NCBI GenBank assembly: GCA_035084275.1
Contig: CM068769.1
Location: forward strand, 1,736,001-1,800,000
Length of the DNA stretch: 64,000 nucleotides
DNA from: Hydrolagus colliei
Taxonomy: Eukaryota
Reading direction: 5' to 3'
Positions 37,801-48,579 of this stretch are shown here, in pieces. The notes under the pieces are model-generated. The model made no database searches and was not told the DNA's origin. It saw only the letters and a list, made by a program, of their open reading frames with translations. Position 1 is the stretch's first letter, and each line of letters begins with the position of its first letter. The translations under genes were made by a program, and so were the position numbers.

Positions 37801-40263
37801 GTATATTCTTCTTGCGAGTGCCAAGTAGGCAATCAGGGAGCGAGAATCTTTTTTTTTTCACAATTGTTTGATGGAAACTATCCAAAGTATCCGAACTCCA
37901 AGTTTCCATTCATTCTTATTGTGAAAATGTATTCGCTTCTCATCGTCTAACTTAGACTTGCGTTTTCAGAGAAGAAAGTGGCTACGTTAAGCGGGGTCTA
38001 ATAGCACACTGCCGAATGAAATGACTGTAAATTTGTGGGAGAATCGCGGCTGCCATTTGCATATGGTAGCATCACACAGAGTGTTGCGTAGAGTTTGTGC
38101 CATTTATTTGGTGATGGAACGTGGTTTAGTGTGTTGTGTAAGGAAAATTGCCCAAGGTATATTCCTGCCTGAAATCGAACGCAGGTCTCGCTTTTAAGGC
38201 GAGGGTTCTACCTACTTAGCTACCAGGCTCCACACCGAGAGATTGGTGAGTGCGAGGCGAGTTAAGGTGGGCGAGGGGGAAGGGAATTCAACTGAAAACA
38301 CTGTTGAAATGAAACGTCTTAATCCAAGCTTTGAAGTAGAAAAGGTATCTGCTATGATACCATGTTGTCTGACATGCTAACCCAGCGATCCTCACGTATG
38401 CTCTTGACGTGGACATTCATTCCCTTTGTCAAAAACTCGATAATCGATTCGAATTGTTCAACTTTCTGTAGTTTAGCTGCTTAATAATAATCTCTCCCAA
38501 AAAAAACTTACATAGGTTATTTCAGTCCACAACGCTTTCTATGACGCTGCTGTACTACCGCGTTTTGCCCAACAATATTCGATCAAGGCAAGTGAATTGA
38601 CTATAGAATATTGGTCGAATCGCGGCAGCCAATTGCACACAGCAGCCTCCCAAGTAACAGTCATGAATTGAAAAGACTAATTTTATCATTTTGATTTTCT
38701 TTGGAAGGATTAATTCGCAGCGTGTGTATGTGGCTGTGTTTGTGTGGTGCGTGTGTGTCTGTGTTTGTGTCTTCGTGTGTGTGTGTGTATGGAAATGAAG
38801 TAAGGAAATTTGCCGAAGGGTTCACCCTAAACTGCATGGATTCGAAAACAGGACTCATGTTTGCAACGCGAATGCTCTTACCCCTTCGGTACGGAAGTCC
38901 ATCGAGGGAAAGATCTGTGCGAAGATCTTCAAGACTCTCGATTATGTAATACATCAAAAGCAAAGATGATTATTACTATTTTGATCACTTTCACTCTTCC
39001 ACTACATGAATATATTCGCCACTTTCTTCTGAGATATTGTCACGTGTTTCCTCTGAGAGATGCAGCAGCAAACTCGGTGATTGTCAAATAGGTGAACAGT
39101 CAGCATTGACATCTGTGCTGCGATTAAAACATTTGTCTGCCCTTGGCTGTTTTAATGTCAGTGGTATAGTCTGACGGTAGCAAAGAGTGTGTAAGTATAA
39201 TTGTAAAAAATCATATTTATCAAAAGTATAAAAAGTAAGATTTATTATTTTGAATTGAACTTTTTCCCTACATGAATCACGTATACTTCTTTTGGTTGGA
39301 ACTCAGTCACGAATTTTCTCTGAGATTGTCAAATAGGTCAACATTCAGTCCAGGCATCTGTTCTGATATAAAACCATGTCTCTCCTATTAGCAGTTTAAT
39401 GTAAAGTGGGGCAGGCTGACAGCAGGCTGATTGTAACATGGCTTGTGTGAACTCTTGGTAACAGTGGCTGTGTTAGATGCAGCCACATTGGCAGTCAATC
39501 TCTTCAGTGAAAGGCCCTCTACACAGGTCATTGTGTTGCTGTTGATGTTGGGTTCGATACCACGATAGTGCATCACGTTGGGCAGATATACGAACTGCAC
39601 ATGCGTCCGTTTAAAATGCAATAATTGGGAAACCTGTTGTATTAAAATTGCGGACTGCTATTCCATGCGTTTTATTTCTTTTATAAAAACGAAATAATAC
39701 TTTACAACATTCGCATTATGTACTAACTGTGCATAAGATTGGATTCCACACACAGTGAGAAATGTGTTTGGAATCCACACAGGGCTAAACCTTCGGCAAT
39801 TTTCCTTAAACACACTCAATAATAATCCGTCGCAAACCCCCCAAAAGATCACCAATAATAAATTGGTCTCTTCAATCTTTCATTGTTCGTGATGATGCTG
39901 CTGAGCGCAAATGGCTGGCTCGTTTCGCTCTCCCACAAATACAGAGTCAAGTCACTTGATAGAGTGTTCTGTGAAGCGCTTTGCGACGCTTTGCAAAAAC
40001 GTGAACAGCGTTATAAACAAAACAAGCTTTATTGATAATATTAGTGTTATTATTAACATGTCTTAGTTCTTATACGTATAAAAATCTGCTAATGGTTGCT
40101 AAAAACAACACCTATAATATACAGCTAGTGATGCATCACTTGTTCTTTTAGATTGACTTGATATGAAGTCAATAAGGTGTAAGCTATCGTGACAGTTAGG
40201 CGAGGGTTTGTTACATGGTGTCTCACTGCTCTTTTCTGTTTGCCAGTTTTTGGTTGTGATGAG

Positions 40264-40613
40264 GGTTATTGTAGGAGGCTTCCTATAATGTGTATAACTG
40301 GGGTGCAGACTGGCTGCACAATGATACATAGCGGAGTCTGGCAGCTGCAAGCTGGCGATGGTTAAATGGCTGATTTTCATGGCAGTGTCAAGTGAAGCAC
40401 AAATATGATCTCCAGTGGTGTTTTCTCCCCCTCCTGAGGGGTTTCTGTGGAGAAGGTATATCGGTGCCTCACCTGGGAACTGACGGTACCAGGAGACACT
40501 GAAATTCTGTCCGTAGATTCCTGAATATTAGCATTGGAAATCTACTCTCTCACCTACAATAGCCGTTTGTTCAGGCGGTGACTGAGAAACTGTGTAATTC
40601 GCTGAAAGTTCAA
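40264..40613 (-). pseudogene. TCR delta-type V exon (40303-40613) with degenerate 23-RSS, pseudogene; no leader found
   Basis: tatccag| ELSANYTVSQSPPEQTAIVGES [2-nt deletion] DFQC*YSGIYGQNFSVSWYRQFPGEAPIYLL...SHLTIASLQLPDSAMYHCAASL; RSS CCCAGTT-23-ACAATAACC. Confidence 0.85.
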
Positions 40614-42344
40614 CTGGATAACTCGATCCTATGGGGGTAAAAATTAGATAATGGTTGGAACTACAAAGTCATAACAATAATAATCCTTGCATTTTGTGTA
40701 GCACTTTTGATATTTTCTTTAAGTCTCAAAGCGCTTTGCAGATTAAATTGTAAAGTGACTTCCCTGTATATATGTGGGCGAAATGCGGCAGCCAATTGCT
40801 CACGGCAGTTTCCCACAAACAGTCGTGGAATGAAATTACCAGTTTTATCATTGTGCTTGATTTCGAATAATGATTGCGAGGCGTGTGAAGCAAGAAAATG
40901 TGCCCACGCTTTTGAGCTGACCTACTTGGATTCGAAAACAGTTATTACGCTGTAAATCGAGTGCTCTAACCACTAAAATAATGGACTCCACTGCGATTTT
41001 ACAGCACAGAAGAAGGCAGTTCTTCCGTATAGACAATTCAATATCCTGTCCGTCTAATCCCACACCCATGCTCCTATCATATTTCCAGCATACTTATTTT
41101 GGATTACTCTACTGATACAAACACCTTTTGAAATTTATTACTCAATCTGCTTGTATCGTAGTTTCAGTCGCGCTGTCCATATTGTGAAATAATTGTGATT
41201 ACCTCCCCTCTGGCTCTTTGTTTGACGATTGGTTAATAATCCACTGGCCAGTGCAAGAGATTCTCTGTACCTGCCCTATCAGTCACTCCCTTAAACTTCA
41301 TTGTTCCATGAAGAACACTGCCTAGCTCTCGTCTCTTCATTCATTCATAGTGTCTCATCTCTTTTATCATTCTGTTGAAACTCCTTTACAACCTGTCCAA
41401 GTCTCTGAGGTCATTACCATATATCCATTAAAACTGTATTGTTTCCAGGAAAGTTGATTTTCTAATCAACTTTAAGGAATAATTTGATCTGACTGGTGGG
41501 AAAACAGGGGAATGGATGAGCTGCTGAATTTAATCCGGATTTTAGTGCAGACACAACCCGTGTGCCTATTTCGGTGACACAATTTATATGACCTCTCGTT
41601 AAATACTCAAATTTATTAAGCTTCTGTTCTCCTTGCAGTAAATGGCAACCCAATTTTTTGTTGATTTCCGGTGACAATCATCACCAAAATATAAATATAT
41701 ACCCATTAGGTAACTCAATCCTAGACTTTGTATGTGATATGTCTGTGCTGCATTATGTCTATATCATTTCGCCCGCAAACAATATAACTCTGAACAATAA
41801 TAAGACTCAATACTTGTCACTAATAATAATAATAATCTTTGCGTTTGATATAGCAGATTTCAAATATGCTGGAATCTCAAAACGCTTCACAGAATACAGT
41901 GAAATGTTATTTGACTGTATTTTTGTATATTCTTTAAAGTTTACTATGTAAGCCATAAAACGTTGAGATGCCTCAAAGATATAGAGAGCAGTATATCAAA
42001 TGTAAGTATTATTATTATCTCTGATAAATATACGATTTAGTTACATTTCGCTTGCTTAGCCGTAAATTTGTTTGCGAAAGGAGATTGATCACATTGAAGC
42101 TTTGCTTGTCTGTGATCATGGGAATGTAAAGCAGAGAACCAGGTGTCATTGAGTACAGTTAACTAAAATAGTTTACAATTGAGAGAGATGGAATTCCCCT
42201 CTGTTGTTACTTTAACTTTGCTGCTGGAGGAGCTGAACTCTCTGGCTTGTTTCCAATATCAAGTCTCTCTCAGTTTGGGAGCCTATCAATGCAGTATCAC
42301 TTTGAGCTGAATATATGTGCATTCTTTATTACTTAATAAAAAAT

Positions 42345-42536
42345 NNNNNNNNNNNNNNNNNNNNNNNNNNNNNNNNNNNNNNNNNNNNNNNNNNNNNNNN
42401 NNNNNNNNNNNNNNNNNNNNNNNNNNNNNNNNNNNNNNNNNNNNNNNNNNNNNNNNNNNNNNNNNNNNNNNNNNNNNNNNNNNNNNNNNNNNNNNNNNNN
42501 NNNNNNNNNNNNNNNNNNNNNNNNNNNNNNNNNNNN
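42345..42536. other. Assembly gap (N run)
   Basis: Run of N. Confidence 1.
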
Positions 42537-43340
42537 CATTCTTGCCGTCTTACATTCTTGCTTAGCCCTCACCCCCTTGGCACCACATTATTCAGAAACC
42601 CCAGATCGGGTGCGTGGCTATAACTGTCAAGCGCATTGGGTTCTCAATAGTGACCTTAAGAAATATTTTTTTAAATAATTTCTCGCCAGTAATATTACTT
42701 AAATCGGTTTGCATGACGAAACCTGTGAGGATGAACGAACAAGAACAACAACAACAAAGTTACACTTCGATAGCGCATTTAATATCAGGAAATCGTCCCA
42801 AGGCGAAGGACAATAATTTTTTGGACCACCAGCTGGGGACGGGATGTGGAGGCATGGAATGGAGGAGGTTTGGGGTGACCAAAGAAGTTGTTGGTCGAAG
42901 GACGTGGAGCAGGCCGGTTAGTGCTGAACAGGGAGGGTGGGCGGGTTGGATGCTGGTTGTGGCGACGCAGATGTAGGCAATGGAGGGCTGTGAAGTTGTG
43001 GAGCAGAACATTGGGTTGGATTCTCTGGTTGATAGAAGCCAATCTAATACTGCATTTGCGTTGTATCTCACACTAGATGAGAACAATGTGCGACATTGTG
43101 CCTCAATTTACAACCTTTTAACTGAGAAGTACGATAGCTACCAGATGAACAGCTGACCCACCAGTTAACTGTGTGTTGTGTTGGATACGTTGATCTCACT
43201 CCTTTTATTATTAGTTTTTTTCTGACAATAGCAACAGTTCGTTGACCGGAGGTCAATGTTTCAGATTGTAGCCAGCAAAGAATGCCAGAGATGCAACTGA
43301 AAATGCATCTGATTTATTTTTTGAAACAATTATTTTTAGA

Positions 43341-43723
43341 TTTTTTCGCACTTGCTTTTCGTAACAGTTACTTTTGTTCCAAACGCATATTTATGTTTAA
43401 CTGAGCTTCGCACTGTGTGACGCTATTCTTCATATCGAACGTTACAATATTAGGTAGCGCTGTCTTGAAGTTCCAAAGCACTAATTTGCAGACAAGAAGA
43501 TTTCGATGTCTCGTCTGTAGCGCTGTAACTACAGACGAGACATCGAAATCTTCCCTTGTCATTCGCAAAAATTAGTGCTTTGGAAACTCTCAAGACAGCG
43601 TACCTCAATCATTGTAACGTTCGATATGAAGAATAGCGTCACACAGTGCGAAGCTCAGTAAACATAACTATGCGTTTGGAAGCACTAAGAAACAGTCTAC
43701 GAAAATATGCAAGCTGCGAAAAA
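43341..43723. repeat. Fold-back inverted repeat (~180-195-bp arms, 8-nt loop at 43521-43528)
   Basis: Left arm ...aagatttcgatgtctcgtctgtag, loop cgctgtaa, right arm ctacagacgagacatcgaaatctt... Complementarity extends to tttttcgca / tgcgaaaaa. The right arm carries many small insertions. Confidence 0.95.
43356..43520 (-). pseudogene. 3' half of a germline-joined NAR-like V-CDR3-J exon
   Basis: A single frame reads TDETSKSSCLQISALELQDSAT*YCNVRYEE*RHTVRSSVKHKYAFGTKVTVTK, then a donor-like gcaagt. It is co-linear with the exon at 44604-44956. Confidence 0.75.
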
Positions 43724-44603
43724 TCAGTATAAGTACATCAAAACTGCTGGCTTCTATTGCATGTAAATCCCAATTTAATCTGTTTCTCTGGACTGCCGTA
43801 ATCCTTCACGTAGGGCAGAAGCAAACGTTTGTTTCAGTCTATGTGTTATAAATGTGTATATTTTGTAGTTTTACCGTAGTATCTTTGCATCGTTGCATCT
43901 CATTCCACGAGAGTTTGTAGGACATGGCTGAGATCTATTCGTCTTACTCTCCATCCCAGCTTCTTCCTAACCTATCTGGCTAACCAACTGTTTACTTTAA
44001 GTTGCATTTTATTCTGTACCTGTTTTCTATTTGAAACCATGGTTTACAGATAAATTTCTTTCTTGCCAGGCAAACGGATCGATGTGCTCCAAATGGTACA
44101 GTTTGAGTGACGACGATGGAAGGCAACTTAGTACACCAAACTCCCAGCAAAGCGTATGAGCTTTATCTCTGGTTGAATGAGTTCCAGATGCAATATGGTG
44201 CTTCAACCCACAAGTTTCCTACTCAGAAGTAGTTACTGCCAACTGGATAATCTGCCTCTGCAGTGACGTGTTTATGTTTTATTTAATCTGACATTAGCAC
44301 AAGTAAATTAGGATCCTGTTTTCAATCCTGGTAGAAAGTGGAATGCATCTGAATGAACGCACAATTATTTGCTTGTTTGTGTATCAAGTTGATGAACTGT
44401 CATAAACAAGGCCCTGGAGAGTTAACTGTGTATCCATCGGATTTAGAAACCGGATTAGAGACTGATCACAGGCAGTGTAATCAATCGCTACATCCTATGG
44501 CCAAACATGTCATCTTGGATCAATCAACAAATACGAGTATTTTTTAGCGAATGGTCCTGAACAAATGTTGTGTGAGCCATTGCTTGAATCTATCCTCACT
44601 TAC

Positions 44604-44956
44604 TTTTTGTTACGGTTAATCTGGTTCCAGTCCCATCTTTGTTTTTTTTACCGAGTTTCGCACTTTGTAATGATATTCGTCCTATCGAGCTCCGCAATAA
44701 TAGGTAGCGCTGTCTTCAACTTCCTGGTTATTGATTTCTAAAGATAACGAAGTCGATACTTTGCCGGTTTTTATAACAAACTGATCGTCAGCAGGGATGG
44801 AAACCAGTCGTGTCTCTTTACCAACTTGTCTAACAAATTCCATGCTCTTGACAATCACATACAATTGTGCTTCAAATACACAGTTGATGGTCATCGACTC
44901 GCATTCTTGTCCCTGCATAGATATTGGTGTCTGCTTTACAGAGACACTGTCAGCTT
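44604..44956 (-). pseudogene. Germline-joined NAR-TCR/IgNAR-like VDJ exon (V fused to J), with a stop and a 2-nt poly-A slip
   Basis: tttcag| EADSVSVKQTPISMQGQECESMTINCVFEAQLYVIVKSMEFVRQ...SLSLEINNQEVEDSATYYCGAR*DEYHYKVRNSV [A8] KDGTGTRLTVTK |gtaagt. There is no J-type 23-RSS or intervening DNA between V and J. Confidence 0.85.
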
Positions 44957-46684
44957 CTGAAATATATACACAATGTGTTAATGAAAGTTAGTATTAGAAC
45001 ATAATAACATCAGAATTAGAACATAAAAACAGGAGAATCAGGAGCAGAAGGAACAATATGTTAAAGAAAGTACATATCAGTAAATAATAATCTGGAGGAG
45101 AAGGCCACTCGATCCTTCAAACCTGCCTCTCTATTTAAAAGATCATGGCTGATCTATCCTAATTCCACCGGACCGCCTTATCCCCACATCTCTTAAACAC
45201 TTTATCCACAAGCAATATATCAACCTCAATCTTGAATATGTTCAAGGACTGAGAATTTACAGCTCTTTCGGTTAGAAAACTCAATAAGCTCACTTTCCTT
45301 TGAGTGAAGTATCTGCCGTCCGAGTATTATCATTATTCCTTATTGAGTATTATCTGCAGATCATCTGAAACAATCTCAAGATTTGGCTTCAATTCATGCC
45401 TCACTTTGTATCGATGACAATTAGCACCTTGGTACGCCTTCGCATGAAAGCCACAGTGTAAACGCAACACGGATTTGTTGTCTCCACCGTAGAAGTTGGA
45501 GTGCAAAAAATCATCTTTAAACACGAAAGAGAATAATTCGACACAACTAACCTACTGATCACTGTGCTTTTTCTGTCTTTTCAATGTGCCTATGGTTGGT
45601 AGGGGGAAATTCATATCGATATTTTACTTAAAAGTGAAACAATTTCAACACTATTGGGAAAGAAACTGAGTGGGCATCTCCTTAGAATCGTCTGTAAAGA
45701 CTCCATCGGACTGTAGATGTAATACATCAAAATACACGGCCATGATTAAGAGTTTCCAAGCCAAACTGTGAATACTGTGCCACTGTGATAATGTGTCTTC
45801 CCCAAATACATTCCATGCAAAGACTGCTTTGTATGTCATTGAACACACATATTCTGTCAAATAGACTTGCATATTTTCTTGCTTGGAAAGCAGACCCTGC
45901 CTGTTGAGCTTTCACTTTCAGAGATAAAGGGAGCAGATTGATGAGAGACCCAACCCTCATTCACTGGTCTGCATTCCAGTTTATGTAAACTTGGATGCAA
46001 TGGTGGAGTCCTGTAGCTCAGCGGTTAGAGCACACTTCTTACCTATGAGACCTATGTAAGAATCCAGGCACATCAGGACGATTACTTGGGAAAGTTTCCT
46101 TACTCCACAAACAAGCCTAATAATAACACGTCCAGAAAAATCCTAGAATCATCTTGGTCATTGCAACCCAAACCACTATGTCGCAAAATGCTGTGAGCAA
46201 TTTAATACAGCGTTTCGCCCACAACGACAGAATCAATTTGCTTTACAGGATATTCTGTGAAGCATTTTGAGACGTCTAGAAGACAAGAATAGCGCAAGTG
46301 AAAACGAGCAAAGATTATTATTTTTATTATAGATTAACCGGCTTGCAAAACCGGACATCCATCGCTTTCCCTTACAGAGCTAAAGTGGAGAATTAGCTTG
46401 TCTTGCTTGGAAAACCGGAAACAGCCTGAAGCTCATCCACTTTCAGATATAACGAGAGCGGGTTGTTTAGAGATCCTGATCCTGATCTCATTTTGTGGTC
46501 TGCACTTCCATTGAATGACAACTTGGACACAGTTCAGCTCCCACAATAGTCCCATCTTCTGTATATTCTTCATCATGCCATAATGATACAGCGTTGATTC
46601 TGTGCTAAAACAGGTCGATCGCAGCATGAATTAATGCTGCCAGCAATACAAACATTACTGACAAATTGGTCATGAATTAATTAT

Positions 46685-46868
46685 TTCTTTCCTTCTTTCC
46701 TTCATTCCTTCATTCCTTCTTTCCTTCTTTCCTTCTTTCCTTCTTTCCTTCTTTCCTTCTTTCCTTCTTTCCGTCTTTCCGTCTTTCCGTCTTTCCGTCT
46801 TTCCGTCTTTCCGTCTTTCCGTCTTTCCGTCTTTCCGTCTTTCCGTCTCCGTCTTTCCGTCTTTCCGT
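46685..46868. repeat. (TTCCTTCT)n/(TTCCGTCT)n octamer microsatellite abutting a gap
   Basis: Directly visible; followed by N run 46869-47220. Confidence 0.95.
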
Positions 46869-47220
46869 NNNNNNNNNNNNNNNNNNNNNNNNNNNNNNNN
46901 NNNNNNNNNNNNNNNNNNNNNNNNNNNNNNNNNNNNNNNNNNNNNNNNNNNNNNNNNNNNNNNNNNNNNNNNNNNNNNNNNNNNNNNNNNNNNNNNNNNN
47001 NNNNNNNNNNNNNNNNNNNNNNNNNNNNNNNNNNNNNNNNNNNNNNNNNNNNNNNNNNNNNNNNNNNNNNNNNNNNNNNNNNNNNNNNNNNNNNNNNNNN
47101 NNNNNNNNNNNNNNNNNNNNNNNNNNNNNNNNNNNNNNNNNNNNNNNNNNNNNNNNNNNNNNNNNNNNNNNNNNNNNNNNNNNNNNNNNNNNNNNNNNNN
47201 NNNNNNNNNNNNNNNNNNNN
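46869..47220. other. Assembly gap (N run)
   Basis: Run of N. Confidence 1.
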
Positions 47221-47773
47221 GCTTTCAATTCCATCTTCAACTTTCATTTCTTTTATTTTGTCAGAATACCGTGTTCGCGTTCTTCAATAATTATTCAATT
47301 TATTGCTGTCGAGTCAAACAAAAATTCGGTGGAAACACTCAACGTGTACGATTCGAAAAGGCGGGATTCTAAAGGAATAGTTTACGTTGCATTTCATACT
47401 GGAGTCAGTTCAGTGCAAGGAGATATGACATCTCGGGAGAATCGATGCGGAGAGGGTTGTCATACGCCTTGGGAACTAACTTATCCTGCATTAGTCATTT
47501 AGTTTAATTTACATTCAACATATCTTGTAGGCACGTTTCTTTGAAAACTCTCCAGTAAAATTCAATGACATCAGAAAATAATGAAATGCATGTAATTTAC
47601 TAAATCAACAGCCTTTTCAAAATCACAAACATATGATTTATTTTCCAAAAGCCGTCAAGTGGATTGTTGAAATGACAAACTAGCAAATAACCATGAGCAC
47701 ATTTTTTTTTGAAAAATGCATTTGAGAAATTCACGTAAATACATTTTTATGTTAGGATGACAGACATGCTTAC

Positions 47774-47868
47774 TTTCTGTTACTGCGGCTTTGGTATCTG
47801 ATCCATCTTCAGTATAGTACCATCCATAACACAGTCACACAGCTCTCGTTATACAAGGGGCAAAAACT
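47774..47868 (-). other. J segment (47774-47829) with 23-RSS, NAR-TCR-like
   Basis: Encodes YGWYYTEDGSDTKAAVTE followed by phase-1 donor gtaagc. RSS CACAGTC (47830-36) - 23 nt - GCAAAAACT (47860-68). Confidence 0.85.
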
Positions 47869-48178
47869 GCTCTATCTGATCATGACTGAATACAGGCAAT
47901 AAGTATAACTAAATGATAAGAAGTTAGTTATCTATTTCTATATCTCTACCACGGTCTCAACATACATTCACTTTATCCAAACAGGTTTAGCTTAACTATT
48001 ATTTCCACCAAACACTGACAAGTTGCCTAGCCCAGAACACAACCTACTGTTAATAATTCCAGAAATATCCGCTTGAAATTAGTAATTTGGAAAGTAATCA
48101 CCTGACAAATGTAGCACAATACAACAGTACACAGAAGTTAGTAGTCACGTATAATGTATTTCCATGTAAAAAGCGCAC

Positions 48179-48252
48179 GCTATTTGTGCTAATTGATTCC
48201 AATGTGGCCTCCCCAAGCGTCCACCACAGTATTTGCTGTCAACACAAATACA
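48179..48252 (-). other. D segment (48207-48224, GTGGACGCTTGGGGAGGC) flanked by two 12-RSS
   Basis: CACAGTA-12-ACAAATACA on the V-proximal side and CACATTG-12-ACAAATAGC on the J-proximal side. All three frames are open. Confidence 0.85.
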
Positions 48253-48579
48253 TTCTTTTCCAAAACAAGTGTAATATTCTCTGGTCGTTTACAATTATTA
48301 TTCAATGATATAAAGGTCTGCAATTATTTTGAATATTTTCCGAATAGGACTTGTCATGCCACGTATCTCACTTCCTTAAACAGCAATATAATCCAATTGC
48401 TTTCAACAACTAAAGTCAATTTATACTCACCAAATCTTCTAATCTGTTCATCAATAATGTTTGTTTCTTGAAGAGAATGTTATGAAACACTATTGCACAA
48501 CACACAGCAATGGAAAATGTGCATTGAATTCAATGACAAAGTCATATTGTCTGTCTATTTTCTTTGAATTGGCGAAGGG

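Noticed and set aside
45764-45787. Three adjacent heptamer-like motifs (AACTGTG, TACTGTG, CACTGTG)
   Set aside because: No acceptable nonamer at either spacing.
42315-47247. ORFs 42315-42623 and 46702-47247
   Set aside because: Artefacts of N runs and the adjacent microsatellite.
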